From: Camelus dromedarius
Lineage: Eukaryota
Assembly: GCF_036321535.1 (NCBI RefSeq)
Contig: NC_087436.1
Span: 111,168,001-111,232,000 of the forward strand
Direction of reading: 5' to 3'
DNA length: 64,000 nt
The notes under the pieces were generated by a model. It had not been told where the DNA came from, ran no database searches, and worked only from the letters and a program-made list of their open reading frames with translations. Positions 1 through 12,189 of the stretch are shown piece by piece. The translations under genes were made by a program, and so were the position numbers. Numbering within the stretch: the stretch's first letter is position 1; each line of letters opens with the position of its first letter.

Positions 1-2414
1 ATTTGAAACACAGATATATATCTCAATGTAAAGGGACTATCTCGAAGAATTGCTCCTAGAAGAAGGACTCGGAGCACTGAGAGACTTCATTGTATAACAT
101 TTTGTAATGATTGATCTTTTAATTTTGCAGACTTATTACCATTGTTTAAAAAATCCATCAAGAAAACTTGAGAAATATTTATTAATCTTTCACTTGGTAC
201 AAATATATAATTATATGACAGGTGTCTAGCATTAAACTTAACAAGTTTGGTCAAAATTTTAATTTCCAGATATAAAGGGGTATTTGTTCAAAATTCCTCT
301 AGGTTGCAAATTCTTTGAAAGCATGGACTGTATCTTTCTCATCTTTGTAACCCAAAAGTGCTTTCTGATGGGTACTCAATAAATGTTAAATAATTTGGTG
401 TAGAAAATGGAAATGAAAAGTGCTCTGGTAAGTAGTAGATTATAATTAGGGATCCAAGTTCTTGTATTTGTCCACATACGTGTGGTTAGGACGCTCTGAG
501 AAAGAGCAGCTTATTTGTCTATTTCCCTCTACCTTAGCTTCCCTATCTTTTAAAAAGCAGTAGGGAGTGACTAGAAAGTTCCCTCTAATGCTACTCCAGT
601 GCCTCTGGTTCTCGCACTTCGAGAGAGCTCCATTCTGTTCTCAGGGTTCTGTAGATCAGAAGTGCCCAGACTTCAATACCAACTAGTTGTCTTTTTGTAG
701 ATATATATTTATGAGGGAGTAAACATGTTAGTCTGTTTATTGGTACTAACGTTTAACTCTTTTTCTTAACTGGTATTTTCTTCCGATGCATGTCGTTTTG
801 TGCATCCCTGGAGTCTGTGTTCCTAAATTTAGAGCACACACTCTGGAAAAGTCACTTTAAAAAATTGTCTTTAAAGTACTGAAAAGAACAATAATGTAGT
901 TATTGAGTATTATTCTCTGATGAATACACTTTTGTCAATCAGAGAGCAAACAGAAAACAGTTATTTTTATCACCATGATTTGTTGTTCCATGCCATCATT
1001 TCTTATTTTGGAGTTTGACACCTGTTAGTTATCTACCGAGCTATCTCAATTAATTTCACTGTATTTTTATAGTTTGCCTTAGGGTTTCTCGAAGAAGTAT
1101 AAAAACTTTTTTGTTTTGAAAATACAAATAATAAAAATACGAAGACTAGCAGTTCCTTGGAGGAAGAAAAACATTAATGTTATTAATTGTATCTCAAGGT
1201 TTGGGCTTTTTTTAAGTGATTACTTTTTTTTTTAATGTGAATTTGTTTTATTGAGTTATCGTCCGTTTATACTGTTGTGAAGTTTACTTTTTGATGAGTA
1301 ATCTTATAAGCTACCTGTCGTTTTATTTCCTATCTGTTTACAAAAGTTGAAATCATGTCATTTCAGTAGAACTGGGATGGTTTGTCTGCAGAGGACTCAG
1401 TGAAAAATATGATAGTTGCTAACAGGGTAATGTTCGATCTTGTAAAGTGGCTTAACAGGTTAAATCTCTCTGGGTTATTGAATGGCAAGTGAGTCAGTTG
1501 CTTGAAGTTGCAAGGAGGGATCAGGAGAATGCTACTACTTAAGTCTGGATGCTGCTGTCATTTACCAGCTCGAACAAGTTGCTTAAAAACTACCCAGCTC
1601 AGCTTCCTCTTTACTAATGGGAAGAATCGTTGACCTGTGGTTGGAGAAAGCTTAGGAAGGATGCAGCCCAACCAATCAGTTAAGTGTCAAATGAGCTAAT
1701 GTATAGCAAGCTATTAAATGGTTTCTAACCATAAGGATTCACACTGGAAAATGTGAAATGAGTATCATCAGTATTACTTAAGACGGGATTACGTGTGCAT
1801 TGCACGTGGTGGCTCGCTGCCCTGTGGACTCTGTGATTCTAGAGGAGGTTCTCAGAGAGCTGGTAGACAGGCATAAGGGGAAGAGCAAGGACTGTGTTCC
1901 AGTTCCAGCCCCGTGTCTTGACTTCATTTGTACTTCAACTCTCTGCGACTCACTTTTATCGTTTCTTATGCGCTTAAGCATGCCAACCTTGCTTGGTTGT
2001 TACGATGTTTAAGTAAGATAAGACATGTAATGTGCCTAGAATATAGTAGGCATTCAATAAATTGCTTCTTGTCTTGAAGTGACTCTGATCCTGGCTGGTT
2101 AAAGGAAAAGTTAAAAGAGTTTAATCCAGCCAAGCTCAGTAGGTAAGATATGCTTTCTGATGTACACTGATAAAAGCCATACATGCTGTTTCTGTCCTGT
2201 GGTATCTGAGTGGCCTCACCATTATCTGTATTGTATTCAGTTCAGTGAGGCAGGAGCTAAAAACAACAAACTCTTGTACTTTCAGGATCATAAATGCTGT
2301 ATCTACTCTAATATTTTGAGGTCCAAGCACTAGAACTGAATTTTCTTTTACAAGGTTGATAATTTCTTTGAAATTAAAGTAAAACTAAAGTGATTTACAC
2401 TTTTTTTTTTCCAG

Positions 2415-2595
2415 CATGCTACAAGTGAAAACTGATGAGAAACTGAATTTGTCTGATGGGAATACAGCAAGTTGCCCTTTGAGCCCCGTTAAGATGTGCC
2501 TTAATCGTCCCACTGAATGGAATCTGAATTTGACAGCAGCATCTCTAGCGAGCTGTACAGTCCAAAACCAAAATCTCAAACGTGAAGAGAAATAG
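2415..2595 (+). CDS. LCORL: LCORL terminal coding exon (short-isoform C-terminus)
   Basis: Strong acceptor (T12)ccag|C, then MLQVKTDEKLNLSDGNTASCPLSPVKMCLNRPTEWNLNLTAASLASCTVQNQNLKREEK-TAG. This resembles the human LCORL short-isoform C-terminus as I recall it, and the position convergent with NCAPG is syntenic. Confidence 0.88.
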
Positions 2596-4856
2596 ATTGC
2601 AGTTCTTCTTGCACTGTCCTTACTCTGTATGCCAATATTCTTTCTGCTGATAAGCATTCATCATTGATTTTGAAAGATTTCTAATCCTGTGATTTGTCTA
2701 TATATTAAATCATTAGCATTAATCATTTTGATTATATTCTTTGTACTTTTTTTTTTTTTTACATGTTTTACACCAGACCATTGTGGAATTTTGCAGAACA
2801 AATGGATTTTGATGTTTCTCTTTTTAACAGTATTTTGTGAATTTTTTATGCCGTAAGTTGAAATAATTTTCCCTAGTTTTCCGTGCCCAAAGCTTAATAT
2901 ATAACGCATTGTGAGATATAGAAGGCTAGCAGTGTGAGGATTTGTGACGATAACCTGGCCCATGAGCAGTCGTGTAACAGGTGGATACCAACTACCTCGA
3001 AGCAAATTGGTCAAAGGCAAAGGTATCTCTTCGAAGTGTAACTCTTTCAAAGTTATATATGTATAGAAAGATTGATCATAGTTTATCATGAAGTAGCATG
3101 TTGCCATTCATGTGAAAATCTGAGCTCATCAGTTATTTGTTTTTAAACCTGCAGTCTGTGGGCTTTAAGAGCAATGGCACAATTGCATGTTTACTATTCA
3201 GCAAATCTGTGCCTCTTTTACAGACAAGAATGCTGTTTGGTTTCTGTAAATTATCAGTTTTGAGTGAAAAATGGTAAATGGATTTATATATATTGATTTT
3301 ATTGTATTTTAGCCATTTATTTTAAAGTGTAAAGGGATGTCTTAAAATCAGGATAATATTCCTTAATAGTGCAAAAGCATAGCTTCATCATTAGCTTATG
3401 TGATTGTGTCTAAAACTTGAATAGTAAGAATACTCAAAGTTTGGTGCTTAAATTTATTTTTCCTGTGCCAGAGAAAGAATGCTCTGGTATGGTGTTCCAT
3501 GTAAGTATGTAAGAACTTGGCTCCTTCCCCTCAGATAGCCTGGCTGTGGGTTAAATGGGATTTAGTTCGCTGTGTTTCTGAAGACTTTTACTTATGGCAC
3601 ATTTTGTGTACCTTGAAAGTCCTTATTTCTCCTTACCTGCCCCAGCCCCCAAATTATTTTTACAAAGACAGGGATTTAACAAAAAAAGACTTACATAAGG
3701 AATTTGAAGCACAGGAAAAGACACAGAGCCAACAGAATGAAAAACAATCATCTATTTTCCATTGTTTTATATCACCACATCTGCCTTTTCCTTTTTGCTT
3801 AATAAGCATTCTTACTTTGTAGCCTTCAGACTCCTTTTGTATTTCTAAGTTTTATAAAGCACATATACGTATGTAATGTAGCAATTTGGTTCAAAAAAGC
3901 ACAGCAATCTTACTTTGGCTCCATCTTAGAATATCACCTTAAATAAATGGCCTCTGGTCAATAAACCTAAAAAAGCACAATTACTATTAAAACAGATCCA
4001 ATGTTAGGGTATTTCTATTCTGTATAATAAAGAGAAAGACGATTATCAGAGGGATAATAAAAGGTGTTTTGTTGGGTGTTGTAGAAGGAAAGAGGACTGA
4101 TTTCCCACAGCGTAGGTTTCCTAAGTCAGGAAAGTGCCGATTTCAGAAAGTGGACAGTAAAGAAATAGTGCTCATAAATTAGTATGTAGTGGGCTTCCTG
4201 CCACATCTTTTCCCAGTTTTTTTATTATCTACAATAAATATTTTATGCCAAAAACATAGAAAACTCCATGATTAATATGTAAATATGAACATCTCTGTAG
4301 CCCAGGAAACAACGTAAGCAAAGTAGGGCTCTCATACGCAGATATTTTAGGAAAAAAAATTACCCATGCAGGTAGCATTACCAAAATGTTTTTAGTGTCA
4401 GAATCACAAAATTATCAAAATGGTACCTATTGAACTCGGATGCTGGATACCTTGGTTCATTATACTGGTCTTTTCCTGGAAGTAAGCTCCTTTCTAGCCA
4501 GTTTGTGGTACTTCATTTTACTCTTAAGGTGTTGTAAAATGTGTTCCGAGATGTTTTTAATCTGTGTGGGATCTGCCACATCTAAGTTAAAACCTTGTCA
4601 AATGCAAGCCCCCAGCTAGTTACACTTAAAACTTGTCCGTAACTCCATGATTTTAAGGCATCGCCTGGGAAGGCTGGTTGAAAAGCAGGGTGCTGGCCCG
4701 CCGCAGACTGATTCACGCCGGGACTGACGCAGACAGCCTGCGGAGCACTGACAGATGCTGTCTTAATGCTTCAGTACAGGCAAGGGACATGGAATCACCC
4801 AGCAGGAAGAGCTCTACAAGACATCAGACTTTTTCTAATTTTCATACAAGGGTAAC

Positions 4857-4862
4857 TTTATT
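4857..4862 (-). terminator. NCAPG: NCAPG proximal polyadenylation signal AATAAA
   Basis: tttatt on the + strand, about 65 nt downstream of the NCAPG stop codon. Confidence 0.6.
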
Positions 4863-4927
4863 AAAGCAAACAACTGAACATAATTTTAAAGGACATTTTT
4901 CAAAGGAGTCCACCTCCATCATCTCTT

Positions 4928-5051
4928 CTAACTTTCATCTTCACTGAGGAATTGTGCAAGGTTAAGTTTACTTTTTTCTAGTGCTGCTGTTTTGGCTCGT
5001 CTTGGTAATCTCATCTTCATTTCTGATTCTGGCTCTGGAACTTCATGATCA
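4928..5051 (-). CDS. NCAPG: NCAPG exon 21 (last coding exon)
   Basis: ttag|T, DHEVPEPESEMKMRLPRRAKTAALEKSKLNLAQFLSEDES-TAG. Confidence 0.95.
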
Positions 5052-5980
5052 CTAAACAGATGTTGAAAATACACCAATTTAAATACAAGCTTTAAAACCA
5101 GTTTATTTATAAATAAAACTGTTTTTGTTTCTGTCTATCAGTGTATGATTGATATCCCGATTCCACTAAGCTTAAAACTAAAATCTTAAAACCAAACAAA
5201 CCTGACTGGCTATCCAGCAAAGTGAGTCATGGAGAATCTAGCTAATTTCGTTTTGTATCTACTGGAACCTGGTGTTATACAGAAAAAAAGACAAAAATCC
5301 AAACTTCTATAAGGAAGCTTACAAACAAATAAGGACCATAACAGCTACCCAAGAGTTTTGGGGGGAACTCAAGAAGTGGGAAAAAAAAGTTCTGTTTATT
5401 TAAGCAATAAATTCCTAAAACACTGTAAATAGCAAGTTTCCCCAAAAGGTATTTTAAATTTAGTCAAAACTTAAAATTATATACTAAAAATATATATACT
5501 GTACCAATGAATGAATGAATGAATACCAGACAGCTGTAACCATTCAGCTTCCTACAGGAGCTTATTGGCAGAAACCAAAAATAACACTATACTACTAATA
5601 TTGTCCAAATTACAGGCAGAATTATTCTACCATTATACATGTAGAGAACCCAAATCTAAACCTCAGTAATTTGCTAATTCAAGATCAGAGAAATCACACA
5701 TACATTACCTTGTAACTAGAGGAATATATGGAAAAACAATTTGGAAGAAGGTATTACAAAAATGACTACCTAGTACTAAAGGCCATGCCCATGGACAGGA
5801 AAAGCACACAAGCCGTAAGAAGTCAAGTGCTCCAGGGCACGTTATCTAGAAAGCTCTCACCGTTGTCACAGATTATCTTGTTGCATATGGAGCTGCTCTC
5901 TTTCACAGTAAAAGCAAACTACAATTTTTTTTTACTTCTATATAAATTAAAAAAACATATCCTACACATGCATGGCATAC

Positions 5981-6050
5981 CTTTCAGAGTCAGCCTCAGC
6001 AGTCTGACGTCTCCTGTTCATTCTAGCTGAAGCTGTCACTTTTCTCCGTC
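5981..6050 (-). CDS. NCAPG: NCAPG exon 20
   Basis: taag|GA, RRKVTASARMNRRRQTAEADSE, AG|gtatg; 70 nt. Confidence 0.92.
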
Positions 6051-7628
6051 CTTAAAGACAATATAATTCATTATCAAACTGTATTATCAGTTGCTCATTT
6101 AAAAATCTATTTTCTGTGCTACTCAAATCCTTTATTTTCCCTCTTCAACACATTTCCTTCTATTTCCTCGCCACCTTTATATAAATTATTAACACCACAG
6201 AGAAAACGAACCCAAGTAAGATTAAAATTTTACTAATTTCTTTTGTAAGCTCTGATAATAGGCAAAGGAGTATATGGAAACTGAGTTATAAGGAGGCAAA
6301 TTTTTGTTAATTTGGGGGAAAGGAGCATGTGAAAAACATGTTAAAGAAAGTACCTCTATGACACAAACTGTATGAAGAAACCAATGAAAATTAATGTTAG
6401 ATGTGTTAACCCTGCAAAACAGGTCCTAAAGAAACAGAACTTTAATCAGTAAGGTAATGACTTGTAAAATATTCAAACATATACATGGTCAATATAAATG
6501 TACGTTCTAAAACACTTCAGTATAAAGATTAAAGCCTTTATATACTGGAGGGGTTACAAAAATTCTACTTGCTAGAAATTTAAAAGGGTAAGAAGCAAAG
6601 TTTGGCCCGTGATGCTCCTCATTTATGAGAAATAAAACAGCACATATAATTAAAGTCTGAGCTACTAAAAAAAAAAGTGGAATTCTCATGGTATATCTGA
6701 CTAAAAGCAATCTGATCAAAACCAAATTATTCAGTATGATCATTTGGTTGAAATTTATATACCCTATTCAGGTGACACTTTTTGTTTTCTTCCAACTTTG
6801 CATATTTGCTTGTAAACTTCTAAGACAGTTATCCCCAGGAAAACATTTAACAATGTGGGACTAAACAACATGGGACGAATGTGGAACAATATCCAGCAAT
6901 TAGCATTTAAATAACTGATTGGCTACAAAACAGTATTATGGCCAGATTCCATCTAGGAAAAAATTATGTCTCCAGAGAAAAGAGCCTCAAAAATATTTTT
7001 TCAAGAAGTAAAATAATGGCTCATGGGTGGAATTACTCACATTCTTTATATTAGTTTCCTAGGGTGTATATTCTGATTCTCCTGTAATATGCATGCATTG
7101 TTTTGTAATAAGAAAACAATAAAACAATAAAAAGATCTTAAATTTCAGACATTTTTCTAAGTCTAGTGATCTCCTAAAGTCAACATTTATTCCAACAAAT
7201 CTCCTATTGTTGGATATCCCTTGGGAAATAAATTACGCTGGGAAAAAGGAAAACAGAAGCCCGGAAAAATACTAGGAGGGCAAAAGAGACAAAAAATGCT
7301 TAATCATCTGCAGGACAGAACAGAAGTAAGTGATAATATATAAAATTATCATTGATCATTTGATAATAACAATCTTAATTTAACACTAATCTTCCTTTGC
7401 AACATGATCTTTTGCATCATATTTCTTTCAGTCAAAAGCACTTGGAGCAACACTGATATTACTGTCTTTTAGACGCAAAGCAAAACCTAGTATCAGCTAA
7501 AACAAATCAAAAAGAAAGTTAAGGACACCTAAGACATCACAAAATCTTTATCCCTAAGGAAACAAAGTATTTCATTGGAAAACAAAACTGAACAGTTTTA
7601 TTAGAAAGTTAGTCAATTCATACGCTAC

Positions 7629-7712
7629 CTCTGTTAGTCTTTTGCTGAGTGGATTTCGTTCGGGTTGTTTTTACATCCTTAACAGGAGTTATATATACTT
7701 CTTTATTCTTTT
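7629..7712 (-). CDS. NCAPG: NCAPG exon 19
   Basis: tag|AA, KNKEVYITPVKDVKTTRTKSTQQKTNR, G|gtagc; 84 nt. Confidence 0.92.
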
Positions 7713-8101
7713 CTATTAAAGGAAATAGCATAACAATGTAAATTAAAAATAGCTTCGTGAAATATTTAAAGTGATCAATTTTTCATAAAACAAATGACAA
7801 CCAGTCCCAATACTAGCTATTGAAAATTTTTCATAAATCCATGTTCCAAAATATGTGCACACTGGACAATAAGCACGCAAAACTCCTAAGAACACAGTAT
7901 GCATGGTCATGTGGTAAGAAATGTACCCAAAAAACTATAAAAGTATAATAAACACTTATCAGTAATATACTTTCCCAGGGGGTTAATTAGAAAAACTTCT
8001 TTCATTTCTGATATCCAATCACATGTAGAGGAGGAACACAGTGTGTCTCAGTAAAGATGAAAAGGACAGTCTCACAAACACTCGGGTCACCATGCTGTCA
8101 C

Positions 8102-8240
8102 CACCTTCACTGTGAAAAGCAGCCGTAGGTGCGCCGTCACCCTGCGCTGCTACCACCTGGTCACCATGCTCTTTATTTTCCTTTTCTAACTGAATCTTGA
8201 TTTTCTCCAAAGCTCTCAGACACGTTCTATCTTTTACTTG
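8102..8240 (-). CDS. NCAPG: NCAPG exon 18
   Basis: cag|QVKDRTCLRALEKIKIQLEKENKEHGDQVVAAQGDGAPTAAFHSEG, G|gtgac; 139 nt (an alternative in-frame donor would end it at 8105). Confidence 0.88.
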
Positions 8241-8476
8241 CTGTAATAGAAAACATTTTTTTAATGCAGCATTTTCTAATCTTCTTTCAAAAAAGCTATA
8301 TACTGATAAAGATGTTTAAAAATATTCTAAAAGTTCTAGTAAATTTATGAAGGAAATATTTACCTCAAATGAGCAAAGTCACAATGTGCTAATATATGTA
8401 TAAATATTAATAAAACTATGTAAACTCTACTTTGATAAAAATATACACACATTAAGAGGAACTAGAAACTACTTGC

Positions 8477-8638
8477 CTCCAGAATCTCATTCAACAGAAC
8501 CAGAAGATCTTTAGCAAGATGGCTACTGAGTTCTAAAGAACTCAAGGCTTTCGTATAGACTCGAATTTCTGGTGAATATGGACACGTTAGAATCTCATTG
8601 CAAATTTTTATAGCCAGGTTGTCATGCACGGTTAAGGC
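8477..8638 (-). CDS. NCAPG: NCAPG exon 17 (GC donor)
   Basis: tag|ALTVHDNLAIKICNEILTCPYSPEIRVYTKALSSLELSSHLAKDLLVLLNEILE|gcaagt; 162 nt. Confidence 0.92.
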
Positions 8639-8802
8639 CTAGAAAATCAAGAGAAAAATCCTTGTAAATTGAAATGATATGATTCCAATACAGCTTACAC
8701 ATCAGACATTTCCAACTATCTTGCCATAGTTCCAAATACATAATGTCTAAAACCAAATTAACATATTCCTCCCCAAACACGTTCCCCTTCTTGTAGAAGA
8801 TG

Positions 8803-9190
8803 CTGTGGTACAGGGCCTAGGTCCACCCCCTTTACTACTGGACCATTCATTCTCCAGGCTACAGAGTTTTGGAGGCTAGAGTTCCCAGATACAGAACTGA
8901 TCCAGGCTGAGGACAATGATCTTGCTCTGTGCAAGGTCACACCTCCTCCCCAAGGGTTAGTCCACATTCAGCAACTGGTAGATACACAGGTACAACAGCC
9001 TAGCCCTTTCTCAACTCTGGACAAAGCAAAGGACTGTCCCAATTTCAGAACTTCCTGTGAGATGAGCTAGAACCTTAAGACTACATGACAGTTCAACTTC
9101 TTCCTCTGCCCAACCTGTTTCCTCCACTCCTACAAGACGCTGATCATGAGCATATGCCCTAATGTCCACAGCTTCTCTGAGGTCTTCTGT
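8803..9190 (+). mobile_element. Degenerate ERVL-class LTR (LTR16-like)
   Basis: The motif acagttcaacttcttcctctgcccaacctgtttcc resembles the LTR16 consensus as recalled. Confidence 0.55.
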
Positions 9191-10329
9191 CACCCACACT
9201 TAGGACCTCAGAGTTATCTTGGATTCCTCCATCTCCCTTGCCTCACAAAGCTCTATCTTCTAGGCTTTTGTACCCGCAACTTTTTTCTATGTCAATTTCT
9301 GCTATTTTTTCTTTCTGCTTTCACTACTACTTCCTTTTACTCTTTTTCTGTAAATGTTTATCTCCTAATTATACAGATTTTTAACTGCTTTATTTATTAA
9401 TATTCTCTTTCTATTCCTCTTACCAAATCACCTCACCTAATAACACTGACCACCAAATCAACCTTCCTAATAAGTAACTTTCATTCCATTAACCCTTTCA
9501 TATACACCATGCAAATAGGATCAACTCCAAATTCCCTATCCTAATGTTCTGCCCTAAGAGCCCATTCAGGATCCTCAGCTGGAATGATTTTTCCCGTAGT
9601 TCCCCAACATGACTTGGACAACCAGCTACATTTAATCACCTTTACTAAAAGTCTTTTTCTCTCTTCAAATCACTCCCCAAATCCCAACAAGGCCTAAGTA
9701 AATTTTACTGGGTGAGTTTTAGAACTAATAATGCTGTACTCATCACCCCTCCCACGTGAACCCTGCCATCTTCTGGAGTGCTAAAGTGCTTTGTAGCTGT
9801 ATCACTGACCCTTACTGTATTTTGCTTTAATATCATTTGTAATCTTCTTTCCAATGATATGTAACATAATAACTTGAATGAAGTATGCAGCCACTAAAAA
9901 TCAATTAAAACAGAAGACCAGTACTTTCAACTTAATCAGTTGGCATCTAAAATCATTAATAACACATTAATTTTCAATATGGTGAATGTCTGATCAGGTG
10001 ATATTAAAGGGTTAAAAACCAGCTTACATTTAATTTGTGGGAGAGTATGCACTCAATTTATCTTCTTTGTATTAAAAACAAGACTAAGCTTGAGATGAGT
10101 TTCATTCTTTGAATTCTCCTTCTATCAGAAACATAGCAGGTAAACCAACAATTGAGGACTCAATGAGTCCTACATAACAGTTCATTATTCAGAATGATTA
10201 ACAGCCAGTGGTAGGTGAGGAGCAGACAATAAGGATGATGAATTTTGGTAACTTCTTTTCAGCAGCAAAAATGTTAGCATTGATTACTTCTGTTTTTATA
10301 TGACGATCTCCCCATTTCCCAAAAGATCT

Positions 10330-10705
10330 TTTTTAAGTATAGCTGACCAACAGTATTACATTAGTTTCAAATGTACAAGAGAGTGATTGAATATTTTTAT
10401 AGATTATGCTCCATTTAAAGTTATTATAAAATATGGGCTGTATTCTCCTATGCTGTAGAATATATCCTTCTTGCTTATTTATTTTTTACATAGCAGTTTG
10501 TACCTCTTAACCCCCATCTGTATCTTGTCCCTCCCCTCTTCTGACTCCCCACCGGTAACCCCTAGTTTGTTCTCTGTATCTGTGTTTTTATTATATTCAT
10601 TCATTTTACTTTTTAGAATCTACATATAAGTGATAAAGTATTTATCTTTCTCTGTCTGGCTTATTTCACAAAGCATAATACCCTCTAGGTCTACCCATGT
10701 AGCTG
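10330..10705 (-). mobile_element. 5'-truncated L1 3' end with 10-bp target-site duplication
   Basis: L1 3'UTR on the minus strand (the ORF track shows the typical FAATWVDLEGIMLCEISQTEKDK translation), flanked by caaaagatct at 10320-10329 and 10706-10715. Confidence 0.85.
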
Positions 10706-10889
10706 CAAAAGATCTGTGTTTCTTGCTTACTTTGTTATGTGCCACCATATAAACCAGAAACCTAAGATCAACATGTAGAGCTCTCTGTTTCAAAGAATCT
10801 ATGCGAGGGATTATTTTACCAAAACAACAGTAACCTGCATGCAGGGTACCATCCTTACCATCCATACACAGGCTAACACACTCACCCAC

Positions 10890-11064
10890 CTGATAATCTT
10901 GGGAATCCTTGGCCTGAGGATTTAATCCACTTGGTCTTGTCAAATCTACAAGTAACTCAGCAACATTAGTGATATCTATTTCAGCTAAAGGAGAAGATGC
11001 CGGGGCATTAGCCAGTGTTTGTAGAGTTGGAAGAAAGGCTTCTTCAAAACATTCCTGATTAGTC
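10890..11064 (-). CDS. NCAPG: NCAPG exon 16
   Basis: tag|G, TNQECFEEAFLPTLQTLANAPASSPLAEIDITNVAELLVDLTRPSGLNPQAKDSQDYQ|gtggg; 175 nt. Confidence 0.95.
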
Positions 11065-11336
11065 CTATTGAAAAATAATTTGAAGTATGTTAGCAAGAAA
11101 AAGCATGATTCTTAAAAAAGCAAAACAAAATAAACAAAAAACCCCATTATATATCAAATTCACCCCATCAAGATGGAGTACATGTTTAGGAAAGAACAAA
11201 ATAATTCAGGTAGGTAGAATCTAGTAAGTTCTCATTTCCTTACTTACCACTGGAAGAAAAGAGTTAACAAACTAGATATGAGTCATGGGGAGCCTGAACT
11301 TAAGTCAGATTTTGATTTATCAGTATGACTATATAC

Positions 11337-11518
11337 CTGCTTGCATAAGCAAACATGGGGAAGAACACGCCTAAGCAGTGTCGGAGTCGAACATCCTCCT
11401 CAGTCACAGGGTTATACCACAACAAGACAAGGCGAGAGAGAAGCCTGCTGCTGACCAGAAGCCCGGAGAACATCAGCTTGGCTAGTCCTTCTGCAGCTCC
11501 TGTCCTGAGTTCAGACAC
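11337..11518 (-). CDS. NCAPG: NCAPG exon 15
   Basis: tag|VSELRTGAAEGLAKLMFSG...FFPMFAYAS, AG|gtat; 182 nt. Confidence 0.95.
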
Positions 11519-12189
11519 CTAATAAAAATGACTTTCGTTAAAAGAAATTTTTTATTTGTACTTCCTTTTTAATTAAGCTTTACACTGTAGCCTGTCCTAT
11601 GGTATTTTTACATAAATTACCCAAAATCACTCATGATATTAGTAATTTTTTAAAGGCACATACAAAGATTTTGTTTCCCCCTATTAGGTTTAGGCTAACA
11701 TGACAAATTACTAGTCTAGCTATGAAACTTCAATTCCCTTTAAATTCTTTAGAAGAACCAAATATCTCATAATATTGTAAAACCAGAAATCAAAACAATA
11801 TATATTAAACACTATCATGGTGCTAAGATATAGAAAGCCGTCAGCAATGGTCTCTGCTATCAGAGAAGGCCTAGAAATGAAAGCTCCAGAGGCGAGAGTG
11901 GCAATGTGTGTGAATGAGGGGTAAAATGTGAACAGAAGGTGAACAAGTGGGAAAAGGCATTCTGAGAAAGAGTAACCAAAACAAACCTAGAGAAGAAAAT
12001 GGGAAAGAAGATGTAGTGGTATTCAAATGGAGGTACAGGTATAAATGAGTGGTAGTTAAAAATACTGGTTATTGACAGAGAATTAAATCCAAGCCTCTGC
12101 TTCCTAGTTGCGTGACCCAGTCCTATATATATATTACTTAATTTCTTTGTATTAGCCTCAGTTTTTTTCATATACAAAAAGGAGATATT

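Larger units (their letters stand above)
2596..5140 (+). other. LCORL: LCORL 3'UTR (extent inferred) with candidate polyA signals
   Basis: AT-rich, repeat-poor sequence after the stop. AATAAA at 3960, 4026, 4056, 4233 and 5112; the last is followed by a GT/T-rich tract. Confidence 0.55.

Noticed and set aside
2385..3107. Minus-strand 90-aa and 148-aa ORFs
   Set aside because: Antisense to the LCORL exon and 3'UTR, with no recognisable homology and compositionally biased translations.
10620..10889. ORF continuation beyond NCAPG exon 16
   Set aside because: Read-through past the donor into intron and L1 3'UTR sequence.
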